The notes: generated by a model not told the origin, from the letters alone. Positions 32,158-46,290 are shown, numbered from the stretch's first letter. The stretch: DNA of 64,000 nt from Candidatus Paraprochloron terpiosi LD05 (GCA_018141785.1 CP073341.1:633251-697250); one strand, 5' to 3'. Numbers and translations: made by a program.

Positions 32158-34738
32158 ATTAGAGTCGAGGGGGATGTTACCACCCCGCCCCTCTCCTACG
32201 AACTGTACGTGAGACTTTCACCTCATACAGCTCAGGTGCTTCTATACCTTTACGGCGCGCTTTACGAGTCCGTCTTTAATGCGCTTGCGGTGTATCGCTT
32301 GCGCCTGGTGACATTCCCGATGGAGAGCAACTAAATTCTTACGTTTCCAGTTGTTATGGTTGCCGTCAATGTGGTGCAACTCCACGGCACCATCCATCTC
32401 CATGAACGGTCGGTTGCAATGCTGACACTTACCCTTCTGTCGCTTAATGGCGTCAGCGGTTGGGCCACTGTATAATTTGGAGTTCCGACCAACCCAATAG
32501 GAAACATTCCCATCGTAGGGTGAGGCATTACCTTTGACCATTACGTGACGGTTCACTTCCCCAGAAACTGATGGGAACGCCTTATCCACCTGCATTTTCG
32601 TTAGCTGGCGTTTTGCTGCTCCCTTCTTCATCACCTTGCCTTTGATGGCTTGGCGACGAGCTTTTTCGGCTTCCTTTTTGGCCATTTTGCGTTTGTCTGC
32701 TCTTAGTTTGTGCCATAACCAATGGCTCAGTGACCATAGGGCGTGTTTCGACATATCGCAGTGTTTATGGTAATTCCTCCAGCCTCGGACTTGTGACTCT
32801 ATCCTTTTCAGGCGAGCATCCGTGGTTGTTCCGTTTTTCCAAGTGGCTTTAACCTTGGCCTTTATGTCTGCATAATTCTCCCAACTCGGTGTGGATTTGA
32901 AGACTCCACGGGAATTGACACGGAAGCGCCACCCCAGAAAGTCGAATCCATCCGTAGCTCTACTCACCTTAGTCTTAGCTTCGTTAATTTGTAGCCCTCT
33001 GGACTTTAAGAATTCGTCGATATCTTCCCGTAGTTTCCTGGTATCGGCTCCGGGTTTACAGATAAAGACCGCGTCATCTGCGTAACGTATACCCCTTATT
33101 AACGGTCTTCGCCGTTCTCTTTTCCATTGGTCTGTCCCTAGGTTCTCGAATCCATCTAGGGCAATATTGGCCAGTAATGGTGATATGACACCACCTTGGG
33201 GAGTACCCTTTGTACTGGAGGGGTATTCACCACGAACGCCTGCTTTTACAGCTTTCTTTAACCCTTTTAAAGCTTCGATTGGTAGGACTACTCCATCGAG
33301 CATGACCTTGTGGTCAATTTCGTCAAAGCATTTACTGATATCTGTTTCCAGAATCAGCTTGTCTTTACCATTTGCATTGCTTTTGAGATTGCTAAAGATG
33401 AGCTTTTGTGCGTCCGCAGTACAGCGACCGGGTCGGAAGCCGTAGCTTCTTTCTCCGGCAGTTGCCTCGTAGGCAGGCTCGGCTGCTAACTTGAGCAGCG
33501 CTTGCCACGCCCGGTCGGCTATTGTGGGGATGCCTAATCCACGAGTTTTGCCGTTTGGCTTCGGGATGTTTACCCTTCTCAGTTGTTGGTGTTTCCAGTG
33601 GTACCAGTGCTTGTTCAGCTTTTGGCAGAGTGTCAGACGCTCCTTGGTAGAAAGCGCGGTTTTGCCATCAACTCCGGGGGACTTACGCCCTGTGTTTAAC
33701 TGTGTTACTTGTTTGACGGCCAGTGCTTGGGCTGCACGACTCCGAAGTAGGAGCCGTTGTAAACGTTTGACCTTAGCTTTTGATTGTTCTTTTTGCGCTT
33801 TGAAGATACCCCGCTGTAACCGAAATACTTGCCGCCGGAATTGCTTCCATGGCAGGTCTTTCCAGACGTCGTCAGCCTTCCGACCTATCCTCCCCACCAT
33901 TAGCAGGACTGCTAAGTGGAGTCTCAAGGCTTTCAGGCTGCGGTATTCGGTTGAAGTCTGGTTAGTGATGTTCACAGTTTTGACCTCGTCAGTCACTCTG
34001 ATAGTTACATTGGGTCTCTTCTCTGTAGAAACCATCGGGCAGTTACGCCCTCTCTTACCCTCACCCTTCCGATAGGCCGTTAATCAGGCGACCCCACCAC
34101 TCCTGCTCCTGCGCACACGGCAGTCAGGCATTGTTGGGTTTGGAACCCCCTGTTTCCGTGGAAGTTGAGCGAGTTTTTACTCGTTGGGAACGAACTATTG
34201 TTACGAACCCTTGGGACTCATCCATTGACCTATCACCAACTCAGGAATGTAAGTGCTTGAAATTTGCCTTACGAGTTTCTTTCGGTGTTTCTTCTGTCGT
34301 AGGTAACGGTCTTCCGACAGTGTCGGATGTTAGGTCAATTCTTCAGATGATTCACGTTAAGTTATCCCGGTGTTCTCCCTGTTAGCGGAAGTATCTCTGC
34401 CTAACCGTTTGGCCGCACTTTACCGCCCTGCTGCCAGCTTCAGCCTGATGATTAATCTCACTGTGGCCAGATAAGGATTCACGTGATTCCCCTGCTCCTG
34501 CGCAGCCGCGCCTGAGCAGGCGGGAGAGACTTGGTTGCACGATTTCTAACCGTGGCCTCACTCTCATAGTTCATTCAGTTGTCCAGGTTCGGTAACCCCC
34601 GGCATCGCGGATGGCGAGGGAACGTTTTTCCGTTTTCAGCCCCTTTCAGGACTTATATGCTCGGAGACGCTGTCCCTAAAACCCTGCTCCTGCTTATGTT
34701 TGGCTTACGCCGCGACTTTCACAGGAAACGAGCCGCAC
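32158..34738 (-). mobile_element. Group II intron 3 (family A), in the ankyrin gene
   Basis: GTGCG...CTCTAAT ends; nearly identical to the intron at 51223-53777. Confidence 0.95.
32242..34035 (-). CDS. Intron-encoded RT/maturase/HNH endonuclease
   Basis: YADD and HNH motifs. Confidence 0.95.
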   Translation of the reverse strand: MVSTEKRPNVTIRVTDEVKTVNITNQTSTEYRSLKALRLHLAVLLMVGRIGRKADDVWKDLPWKQFRRQVFRLQRGIFKAQKEQSKAKVKRLQRLLLRSRAAQALAVKQVTQLNTGRKSPGVDGKTALSTKERLTLCQKLNKHWYHWKHQQLRRVNIPKPNGKTRGLGIPTIADRAWQALLKLAAEPAYEATAGERSYGFRPGRCTADAQKLIFSNLKSNANGKDKLILETDISKCFDEIDHKVMLDGVVLPIEALKGLKKAVKAGVRGEYPSSTKGTPQGGVISPLLANIALDGFENLGTDQWKRERRRPLIRGIRYADDAVFICKPGADTRKLREDIDEFLKSRGLQINEAKTKVSRATDGFDFLGWRFRVNSRGVFKSTPSWENYADIKAKVKATWKNGTTTDARLKRIESQVRGWRNYHKHCDMSKHALWSLSHWLWHKLRADKRKMAKKEAEKARRQAIKGKVMKKGAAKRQLTKMQVDKAFPSVSGEVNRHVMVKGNASPYDGNVSYWVGRNSKLYSGPTADAIKRQKGKCQHCNRPFMEMDGAVELHHIDGNHNNWKRKNLVALHRECHQAQAIHRKRIKDGLVKRAVKV

Positions 34739-35142
34739 TCTTCATCATCCTCTTCTACCATCAATTGCTCTTTTTCAGTCATCTCCTCATCTGTTTCATC
34801 CTCAGATAAAGCATCCACAACAGACATAAAGCGAGCATAGAAGTTTTTTACTTCTTCAGAAGCTTCCCCAGTGGCTTGAGCAATGAGATCGCCAAGATTC
34901 TGCCCACCAGGAAGTTTTGGACTACTAATACGAGGGTTTAAAACCAATGGCTCTGGCTCTACATTGACTTTAGCGCCTGCTGAGATGAGCAGATTGATGA
35001 TTTCTGAGTTACCAATGCTGGAAGCTAAAGTCAAGGCAGTTTGCCCATTGCCATCTTTTTGATCCAGATCGATACCTGATGCTAGGAGTTGTTTAACTTG
35101 TTCAACATCAGATTTTTGAATTGCTGCAAATAGTTTTTCCAT
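34739..35142 (-). pseudogene. Ankyrin-repeat protein, exon 1; exon 2 (from 32157) is short and corrupted
   Basis: GQTALTLAS..GN.EIINLLI.AGA.VN; spliced exon 2 reads EEDYEA, then antisense RT sequence and a stop. Confidence 0.7.
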
Positions 35143-35192
35143 ATTCTCAACTATAAAGATGGATACAAGCCCATTTAGCTAATTTTTGTTAA

Positions 35193-36356
35193 TCACTTTG
35201 GCGAATGAATAGAAATGACTTTAGTCTCATTACTTTCCCGAGTAACTCGAATAAGTAAAGCGGCCAAGAATAAACTAGCAATAATGGAACTACCACCGTA
35301 ACTTAAGAGGGGAAAAGGCAAACCAGTAGTAGGCAATCCTCCCGCAGCCACGCCAATATTGAGCAGGGATTGTCCCACCAAAAAAACCATACTGCCCATG
35401 GCTACCAATCGCTTAACGGGATGAAGGCACTTCATGGCTACCAGGAGGGCGATGGTACCATAAGCAATCAAGAGTAGCAATAAAGTTGCACTGCCGACGA
35501 AACCGAATTCTTCGGCAAATACAGAAAAGATAAAATCGGTGTACTGAATAGGCAAGAAAAATTGTTTCTGTTGGGATAAACCGTAGCCAGCACCCCAGGT
35601 GCCCCCAGAACCGATGGCTAACAAACTTTGAATCAGTTGATAGCCGTCTCCCCAAGGATCTGCCCAGGGATCGAGAAAGCTAGTAATGCGACGCTGCTGA
35701 TATTCGTTAATGGTAATACTGAGAGTCCCAACCAGCAAACCTGCGATCGCCGTTGTGCCCAAATCAGCCAAAGGCAATCCCCCAGCGAGAGCAATGAGCC
35801 ACAGACTCATACCGCATAAAGCAGTAGTACTTAAATTGGGCTGGAGCAAAATTGAAGCCAGCACTGCCCCAAAAAGGAGCAGCCAACCCAATCTTACCCA
35901 CCAACTCAATCGCTCCCATTGTCCGAAAAGTCGAGCGCTTTGCAGCACTAGGAAAGGTTTAATTAACTCAGAAGGTTGAATCACAGATGGTCCTACCTTC
36001 AGCCAGCGAGTAGCCCCATTAATGGTAATGCCCAAACCAGGAACGTGAGTCAAGATAATCAACCCAAGAACAATGAAAAAAACCCAGTGGCTGATTTTCC
36101 AGAGATTGTCTAAAGGGGATTTAGTGACAATATTAAAGCCGATAAATCCTAGCAGCGCCCAAGCTAATTGTCGTTTAAAATAATATAAACCATCTCCGTA
36201 ACCCACATCCCCCACAGGATAGGAGGCAGAATATAAAGCTACCAAACCAATAGATAGCCACAGGAAAGTCAACCACCGCAGTATTCTTGCACTCAGCCCC
36301 CAATGACGCACTGAGGTGTCAATAAAAGGAATTATATATCGTAGAACTTTTACCAT
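35193..36356 (-). CDS. ftsW: FtsW/RodA SEDS protein
   Basis: GATRW, QPSE, TDFIFS..EEFGF and PLLSYGGS motifs. Confidence 0.88.
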   Translation of the reverse strand: MVKVLRYIIPFIDTSVRHWGLSARILRWLTFLWLSIGLVALYSASYPVGDVGYGDGLYYFKRQLAWALLGFIGFNIVTKSPLDNLWKISHWVFFIVLGLIILTHVPGLGITINGATRWLKVGPSVIQPSELIKPFLVLQSARLFGQWERLSWWVRLGWLLLFGAVLASILLQPNLSTTALCGMSLWLIALAGGLPLADLGTTAIAGLLVGTLSITINEYQQRRITSFLDPWADPWGDGYQLIQSLLAIGSGGTWGAGYGLSQQKQFFLPIQYTDFIFSVFAEEFGFVGSATLLLLLIAYGTIALLVAMKCLHPVKRLVAMGSMVFLVGQSLLNIGVAAGGLPTTGLPFPLLSYGGSSIIASLFLAALLIRVTRESNETKVISIHSPK

Positions 36357-36380
36357 GCAGAGTGCGCTTAATTTTATATC

Positions 36381-36771
36381 CTATTGCTCTAGAAAAGCTT
36401 TGAGTGCAGCTTTGTAGTTATTTCTTAACCGTGAGGAAACCAAACCACCCTGCTGAATCCTTTCAAGAATAGTAGCTGAACATGAGCCTTTCGGGATGGG
36501 GCTACCAGCCGTAATCAAGTTAGCTAGCTCTGTGGCATTCATTTCACGGGCAAATCGATAGGCAACAACAGACTCATGAACGATAAAATTTGGTACATCT
36601 GCGCCAGGTGAAAGAATACATGTAGTTTCGGAACTATTTCTTCTAGTCGTTACGTTAACAAACAAATAATTGCTCTGAGAGGTTTGTGCAATTGCAATAT
36701 TAAAGATGCTGACCATTGGGAGGTGTATCTATCAAAAATGCATCTCCCAAATTAATAGTTATTAGCCCCAT
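36381..36771 (-). pseudogene. Putative toxin (possibly PemK/MazF-like) downstream of Panacea gene, +1 frameshift
   Basis: MGLITINLGDAFLIDTPPNGQHL, an extra A near 36700, then IAIAQ..FVNVTT; span is 391 nt. Confidence 0.55.
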
Positions 36772-37330
36772 GCAAAGCCTCATCTAAGTAAGCTTCCCGA
36801 CTAGCTTCTTGCCTAATCTCTTCTATCTCTTCATCAGTTTTACCCATATGGCGCAAAATATCTTCCACTAAAATTGGAATAGCTGAACCGTGAGGATTTT
36901 GCCATTCCGGAAGACTGTGAGTCCATTGGGCAACATCAAATGGATCAAGGTGTCCGAACTTTTGATAGACTTGATTCAGAATTTGTTCTTCTTCTTGACA
37001 GAGTTCTCCATCTCCCGGATCACTTCGTAGTGAAATGTTGTAATTTGAGTCACGGGGGTAAATAAATTTGGATCAAAGAGGTAGGGCGTCACCAACACGG
37101 ACCCCCTTGATCAGATCATAAACACTGCTAAGAACAGGACCATAATCCATGGACACGTAGTGGTCACCAGTAATTGGTTGCTCTATGCGTTCCAGGGCAA
37201 TACGATCAGCAACGTACAGCATTTTAAGCAAACCCAAGTACTTAATAGGCTTACTGTGCAGCTTCAAGAGTACCGCTGCCGCTTCAACAGCTTTTTCTGG
37301 ATGAAACCGGAACTGGATTGATGTAACCAT
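36752..37330 (-). pseudogene. Panacea/DUF4065 (SocA-like) antitoxin with an internal TGA
   Basis: LLKMLYVADR..ITGD..YGPV; the frame continues after TGA at 37073-37075 to WTHSLPEW and a stop at 36752. Confidence 0.75.
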
Positions 37331-37515
37331 CTAAACGACCTCCATCATCTATATGAGAGTGCAACGTATTGAGAAATGCCAAAGCAATATACCAGAACAG
37401 ACCTCTAAATTATAACATATCGACCCGGTTGATTGTGTTAGAGCCAGGAATTGCCATTGAACTCCATTACTCACACTGCCGTAAATCGTCGAAATCGGAT
37501 ATTCTTTTGCTGCGA

Positions 37516-37712
37516 TGAACTACGCCGAGCCGCTACGCTGATCTCGGCGTTTCTGACGCTTCAACGCCCCTAGTTGCCTCATGCTTCCACAATTGGTAGA
37601 GCTAGGCGGATCCACATCTAAAGGGGGGGTGGGTTTGACCTCTAGCCCAAGCCAACATTACTTGAGCTGCATTGATATCTCTATCCTCTTGATGCCCGCA
37701 ATGCTGACAAAC
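37516..37712 (-). mobile_element. IS200/IS605 tnpB 3' remnant with right-end hairpin
   Basis: Minus frame VCQHCGHQEDRDINAAQVMLAWARG; ends in a GCCGAG..CTCGGC hairpin and GTAGTTCA. Confidence 0.75.
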
Positions 37713-37784
37713 TTAAAAGCAGATTTAACGCTGGCAATTGTTTTGAACTGGCTGTAGGGCATAGATGAAACTGAGAGAATAAAA

Positions 37785-37988
37785 CTATAGCAATCCGGTA
37801 TTCGTGCCCTGCTTCCCAGAGGCCAATTCTACCTTAACAATTGTACCGCCCATTTTCATGATGCGCTGCTGTTCCCGGAACCAGTTATCATAGGGAACCA
37901 GCTTGGTAAAGTAAGTATTTTGCAATTCTCGCTGGGTGCGGATTCTAGTTTGACTAGGCACGCAAGCAGTTATCTTAAACATGCGCAT
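37785..37988 (-). CDS. apcC: Phycobilisome core linker ApcC
   Basis: QRELQNTYFTKLVPYDNWFREQQRI. Confidence 0.96.
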   Translation of the reverse strand: MRMFKITACVPSQTRIRTQRELQNTYFTKLVPYDNWFREQQRIMKMGGTIVKVELASGKQGTNTGLL

Positions 37989-38148
37989 TGGTCGATTTAT
38001 CCTTGTATTTTCTTATGTATTAAAATTTTATTATTAAACCAAACTACACAAAGTGAAGGTTGGAACTCTCCAGCTATAACTCACTCTCGAGGAACCCAAC
38101 CCCCACCAAACTAAAGAAAGCGCCACAAGCAAGGCTTTGCTCAAGTTA

Positions 38149-38634
38149 TTAGCTCAAGCCAGAGCTGATGTAGTCGAAATAGACACCCATTTCCTTGTCG
38201 GCACCAGGACCAACTAGAGCAGCAGTGACTTCCTTCATAGCCTGGATAGCTTGAACGGTGGAGCTGATGGGAACGCCCAGAGAATTGTAGGTTTCCTTCA
38301 GACCGTTGAGTACCCGCTCATCCAAGATAGAAGGGTCGCCAGCTAACATAGCATAAGTGGCATAGCGGAGAAAATAGTCCAAGTCGCGGATACAAGCAGC
38401 ATAGCGACGAGTGGTGTACATATTGCCACCGGGACGAGTGACATCAGAATAAAGTAATGCTTTAGCCACAGCGTCCCTGACGATGGCCGCTGCGTTAGCG
38501 CTGATTACGCTCGCAGCCCGAACTCGGAGTTCCCCTGTTTCAAAATAGCCTTTCAGCTTGTCCATAGCAGAACCATCCAGGTACTTGCCCTGGACATCGG
38601 CGGAATTAATAACAGCGGTAATTGCGTCTTGCAT
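38149..38634 (-). CDS. apcB: Allophycocyanin beta
   Basis: [20 protein letters not shown]; RRYAACIRD. Confidence 0.98.
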   Translation of the reverse strand: MQDAITAVINSADVQGKYLDGSAMDKLKGYFETGELRVRAASVISANAAAIVRDAVAKALLYSDVTRPGGNMYTTRRYAACIRDLDYFLRYATYAMLAGDPSILDERVLNGLKETYNSLGVPISSTVQAIQAMKEVTAALVGPGADKEMGVYFDYISSGLS

Positions 38635-38781
38635 AGTCTTGTTTCCTTATCTTACCTAGTGCAGCTTTTAAAACGGAGGCTGCCCTCAAAGCTTTGCCAA
38701 TCGACAAAGCGCATTTGTCTTAAAATCCTGTTTTTCTTTGGAGTTAGGCGCTCTTAACCCGTCTCTTAGAGTAGAATTTCC

Positions 38782-39267
38782 CTACTCCATGGCGCCAATT
38801 ACATAGTCGAAGTAAGAAGCTGCTTCGGCAGCATCTTCAGCAGACATCAAAGAACCCGCAATATCTTTCATTTCGCGAACGCTTTGAGCAACTGCACCTA
38901 TGTCAGTGCCTAAAGACTTGTACATTTCCCGCACGCCCACCAAACCGATTTCGTCAATCGGGGTTACATCGCCGGAAACAACTCCATAGGTAATAAGACG
39001 CAGATAGTAATCCATGTCCCGCAGGCAAGTAGCAGTCATTTCTTCGCCGTAAGCGTTACCACCAGGAGAAACAACATCAGGACGCTTTTGGAACAGCCGG
39101 TCCCCTGCTTCTTTAACAATGCGCTCGCGAGACTCTGTCATAATTTGGGCAATCCGCAAGCGGCTTTCACCACCAGTGACAAAAGCTTTAATTCTATCTA
39201 GTTCCCCAGGACTGAGATAGCGGGCTTCAGCATCCGCATTGACGATTGACTTCGTGACTATACTCAT
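38782..39267 (-). CDS. apcA: Allophycocyanin alpha
   Basis: [27 protein letters not shown]. Confidence 0.98.
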   Translation of the reverse strand: MSIVTKSIVNADAEARYLSPGELDRIKAFVTGGESRLRIAQIMTESRERIVKEAGDRLFQKRPDVVSPGGNAYGEEMTATCLRDMDYYLRLITYGVVSGDVTPIDEIGLVGVREMYKSLGTDIGAVAQSVREMKDIAGSLMSAEDAAEAASYFDYVIGAME

Positions 39268-39733
39268 CGATATCCTCCAATGAGACCAAAAAAAAATTAG
39301 ACCAGATCTAGTTAAACTGGCATCTTAAAACTGGTTGCCGCTTTATGATTTCACAAATCGCCGCCTCAATCAACAGTCACAATAAAAAAAAATGCGACTT
39401 TGTTTTGGGTGCTTGGGGCCATCAAGCCAGCTTATTACCAGTTGGGTTGAATAGTTAGCCCACGGCAACCTAACCCCAATTATTCTGGGGCATTAAGAAG
39501 ACCTATGAGGTAACTTCTTAATATTTTGTAACATTTTGACTCAGACCGCGCGGGGAAAAGGGAAAGAAGGGGTAAAGGGGAAAACTGGTCTTCCGATAGA
39601 TTTTAGCTAACAAATGTTAACACTTGCTAACCAATGCACTACTGAAATAAGCCAGTAGAGGGGCTATCTCCCAATGCAGTCACTTAGAAAGTAACTGCTC
39701 TTTATTCTATTTTGTCAGCTTGGTTATCGCTGT

Positions 39734-40734
39734 GTTTCGGTACACCCGAAGGAGCAAATTACTCTGCCCCAGCTCCTTGAGTAACCGTGCAAGCAACTTT
39801 CACCGCACACGGCTCCTACGAGCTATGGCCCCTTGGTAGCAGTTTGCTATCTAAGCCCTTGACTATTTTTCCACTTATTTCGGTTCTCTTTCGAGCTCAA
39901 GCTTCCTGAATAGTCTTCCACTTTTTTTTTTTTCTCCCTTACTTTGCCTGCCTTTCATCGTCGCCCATTCAGGCGCGGTATTTAATTGTTACACGACAAC
40001 AAGCGGCTTTTCAGGTCTCAAAGTTTCTCGCTCATTTTATTAACCTTGAGGGCCTGAAGGGCCAGAAAGTTAAATCAATGTGGGCAGTGTTTGGGCTGTT
40101 ACCAGTTGTCGTTTCGTTCCCACGTCCTACCCGTAGTTCTACCCACCCCCGTCCCCTCCTAGCTACCAACCTAGGTGGTTACCTACGTTTCTCTTCGTTC
40201 CAAGTCCAAGATTGTGATCAGTTCTTTAGGTGCCATCAGTTCACCCACTGGCCCCCTGGGGAAGTCTTTCTCATAGCCAAAAGTAGACAGGGTTTTGATT
40301 ACCAGTTCAAAAGCCCATTAAGGATGTCCCCATCCAGACTTTTCGCTGTACTCCTTTAGGTTAGATGCTTTTTACGACGGTTCACTTACCACCCCGGCAT
40401 TGATTAATGGCGGGGGCTTCTGTTCACCATGGACTCTCCCTATTAGCGGCAGGGTCACTTTCGTCTCTGGTTCCGCCCCCCCGGCATTGATTAATGGCGG
40501 GGGCTTCATCTCCCGGAGACTATCCCGGCAATGGCTGCTTGATTTCACAGCTAGATGTGGTCAGATTAGGAGTCTGCAATCCCCGGCATTGATTAATGGC
40601 GGGGGCGGGACTTGATTTCTCTCACCCGCATCAAGCGACTTAGTTATCCTAGTTCAATTCCCTTCTCAGGGTTATATCCCCAGGCCCTGATTTATTCAAA
40701 GGCTAGCCGCGATTTCCTCAGGAACGAATCGCCT
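39734..40734 (-). mobile_element. ORF-less group II intron between apcE and apcA (ends approximate)
   Basis: D5 GAGCCGTGTGCGGTGAAAGTTGCTTGCACGGTT plus D6; 5' end AGGCGATTCGTTCC resembles GTGCGATTCGTT; no RT ORF. Confidence 0.75.
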
Positions 40735-40914
40735 CCATATACCTAATTAAAAGCCTTTTGGCAATAGGTATTTACTACTAATGTCCAAGGCCGTTTTTAG
40801 ATTATCTGTGAGCGAATGCAGCTTTTTGTTAGCAAATCAACCACGGTGTGTCAACCTCCAGTTAATTGTTCTGTCTTCCTTGTTACTTCCTTCCAAGCCC
40901 TATACCACTAAGCT

Positions 40915-43596
<2,682 letters not shown>

Positions 43597-43754
43597 TTAT
43601 ATTAGACAGGATCTAGATTAAAGCTTTGAGTGCATCTTTTTGGATCTTTGTTAAGAATTGTATCTTTTTTGTTGGTGGTGAGCGGAAGTGTGGAGGTTGG
43701 GCGATCGGGGCGCAGAATAGGAGGCGCAGGATAGGAGTCAAAAGCCTAAAGACG

Positions 43755-46173
43755 GTCGGGTAAGGTTCAGGAATCGCTTCCTTCCCCTCCCCTAAGAACC
43801 GGACGTGACAGTTTCCTATCATCCGGCTCAAGCCTCACTTCAAGCCCTACTTGCTTGGATTTCTTGGAATGCACCTGCTTGTGACATGCTGTGTGCAAGT
43901 GCTGAAGATTGTCGCACTCATCTGAACCTCCATCCTTCACAGGTGCTATGTGATGGGTTTGAATTTCCTCACCGTTGAAGAGGTGCTCATGGCAGATTGG
44001 GCATTTCCAGTTCTGGTTGATGGCTATTTTCTCATATTTTGAGTTTTTAGCCCACCATTTTTTTCCAGACTGCGTTCGCCGCTTTGACCAATATTCCACC
44101 TGTTCGGGGTCGTCTGGGGAATAAGCTCCCTTAACTTTGATATGTCTTTCAATCGGGACACTTTTTATATTATACAAATCGTGTATTATTCTTTTGCCCC
44201 TCCGGTCTTTGCCTTCGTAGAAAAACACCCAATTTCTTTTGCCCCTTGTTCGGAAGTACTTTCCTTTGACCCATTTTCGTGATTTTTTGGGGTGTCGTCT
44301 TTTTGCCCAACGCCAGAGGTACCACCATACTCGGTTGTGTATATATGAAAAGGTTTCTTTGCTACATACTCCTCTGTAGTAATTCGCAAAACCTCTGAGA
44401 AGTGGTTCTATCTTACGGATGACCTGTTCTGGGGTTTTTGTTTTCATGCTGTCGATGGTTGCACCGACTTTCTTGCAGAGCTCTAATACCTTCGACTTCT
44501 GTGGCTTAATGATTAGTTTATCCCGTAGGATTCCATCATTTCCTTTAACCTCATAATGCCGTAGGTTAAACCCCAGGAAATCAAATCCGTCTCTTATATG
44601 TACTATCCGCGTCTTCTCATCACTAATCTCAAGACCTCGTTCTGACAGCCATTGATTTATCTGGATTTTCAATTCCTCCAAGGATTCCTTGTCCTTTGCA
44701 GTGACTACGAAATCGTCTGCATACCTGATGACGCCTACCTTTGGGTTACATTTGTTGATATATGTTTCTAACCCGTGGAGTCCGATATTTGCTAACAAAG
44801 GACTTATTACGCCACCCTGTGGAGTTCCTTTTTCAGTTGGGCTATATCCCTTCTTACTCTCGATAGATCCAGCTTTTAACCATCCATCAACCAAGGTATT
44901 TTCCCTGACTGCTGTCTGGATGGATTTATGGTCAATGTTGTCAAAGAAGCCTTTGATATCAGCGTCCAAAACCCATTTATCGTGCTTTCGCCATGTTCCG
45001 GTCTTCGTTTTATAGTCGCCGCGTAGTCTACTGAAACATTGTCCAATAGCATCTAGGCAACTTCGACCGGGTCTGAAGCCATAGGAGTTAGCTTCAAACT
45101 TGGCCTCCCATTCGGGTTCCAGTGCATTTTTGACTATTGCCTGAGCGACTCTATCTCTGATGGTTGGGATTCCAAGAGGACGTTTCTTACCATTCGCTTT
45201 AGGAATGTATACCCGTCTGGCAGGTTTTGCCTTGGGCATTTCCCAGTTATTGGCAAGTTTCACACGCTGTGCTGGGGTGTCTATGACCTCCTTATCTACC
45301 CCCGCTGTTCGTTTTCCGGTATTTACCTGTGTGATTTGTCTGATGCTCAGTAATAGGTTCGACCGACATCTTTTCATCAGTTTCTGTAAAGACAGTAATC
45401 GTCTCCACAGTCCAAGCTTTTGGGCACGAAATATCCGACCGCGTAAATTCCTAACAATCTTCTTTGTGCGACGCCAGTTAATGTCGCCCCACTCGGTAGA
45501 TTGTCCGTTCAGTCCATTTGCCAGAATTTCTTCCGTCATCTAACTTTTCCGTTCGTTTGGTTTCTAGTTGTCTTCAATTTTCGTATGAGACCCAAGTGAA
45601 GTCTGCTATTCCTTTCGGTCAGGGACAAATCTTGAATCCCTATCTCTCTCATTACAAGGGAGCATTCGCTTTTTCACTCATCCTTTACCCTCCAAGGAAT
45701 TCCGTCGCCGTTACCTTTGACCTACTAAGAAGAATCGACCCTTTCTTAGACCTTGTAGGGCTTATCCTGTTGTTTCGCTTAGTTTTCTTAACTGGTTAGG
45801 CTGGTTCCTATCCCCCGGCAGAGCTTTGGTTCCCCGAGCTGATAAATTTGCAGTATCAGTTCCTGTCTGCTTGCCATTTTGGCTAAGGCGCAGGAATAAT
45901 TTCGCCTTTCGTGGTTTACGAGGTTTAAACGGAGGGATTCGTTGATGGCGAATCCTTTTACTTCACTTTCGTTCAGCCTTCCAGCTATTTCCCTCTTGCT
46001 CCTCACCCTTTAATCCTAAGAGCTTCGGCTACTTTCGGGGTCTGCATTCCAGCGGTTTTATTACTTACTCCCGCCGTGACCGGACTCGTAGAGTCTTTTC
46101 CGTGAGGGCTAGGGGTGGAACTCCCTAGAGGACTCGATGTCCCGTACTAAGCGACCATTGTCAGGTCGCGCAC
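43755..46173 (-). mobile_element. Group II intron (family B, unrelated to family A)
   Basis: 5' GTGCGCGACC; D5 GAGCCGGATGATAGGAAACTGTCACGTCCGGTTC; 3' CCCGAC. Confidence 0.9.
43767..45539 (-). CDS. Intron-encoded RT/maturase/HNH endonuclease
   Basis: YADD, GFANYY, CPIC..HH....GG....NL...H..CH; the ORF runs into D5/D6. Confidence 0.94.
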   Translation of the reverse strand: MTEEILANGLNGQSTEWGDINWRRTKKIVRNLRGRIFRAQKLGLWRRLLSLQKLMKRCRSNLLLSIRQITQVNTGKRTAGVDKEVIDTPAQRVKLANNWEMPKAKPARRVYIPKANGKKRPLGIPTIRDRVAQAIVKNALEPEWEAKFEANSYGFRPGRSCLDAIGQCFSRLRGDYKTKTGTWRKHDKWVLDADIKGFFDNIDHKSIQTAVRENTLVDGWLKAGSIESKKGYSPTEKGTPQGGVISPLLANIGLHGLETYINKCNPKVGVIRYADDFVVTAKDKESLEELKIQINQWLSERGLEISDEKTRIVHIRDGFDFLGFNLRHYEVKGNDGILRDKLIIKPQKSKVLELCKKVGATIDSMKTKTPEQVIRKIEPLLRGFANYYRGVCSKETFSYIHNRVWWYLWRWAKRRHPKKSRKWVKGKYFRTRGKRNWVFFYEGKDRRGKRIIHDLYNIKSVPIERHIKVKGAYSPDDPEQVEYWSKRRTQSGKKWWAKNSKYEKIAINQNWKCPICHEHLFNGEEIQTHHIAPVKDGGSDECDNLQHLHTACHKQVHSKKSKQVGLEVRLEPDDRKLSRPVLRGGEGSDS

Positions 46174-46290
46174 AAATGAACCCCATTTGTGTAAAATGAT
46201 GATCGAAGGTAAAAACTTCCCTAATTCCTCTTTGTTTCATAACGACGTAGGAAACACAGTCGGTAAAAGACCAAAATAACCCCAAAGTTT
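46174..46290 (-). pseudogene. C-terminal fragment of a PIN/VapC toxin
   Basis: WSFTDCVSYVVMKQRGIREVFTFDHHFTQMGF. Confidence 0.7.

Noticed and set aside
40392-40606. Three 26-nt repeats as a mini CRISPR
   Set aside because: Spacing is irregular and long (~60-75 nt), the repeats lie inside an intron, and variants occur singly elsewhere
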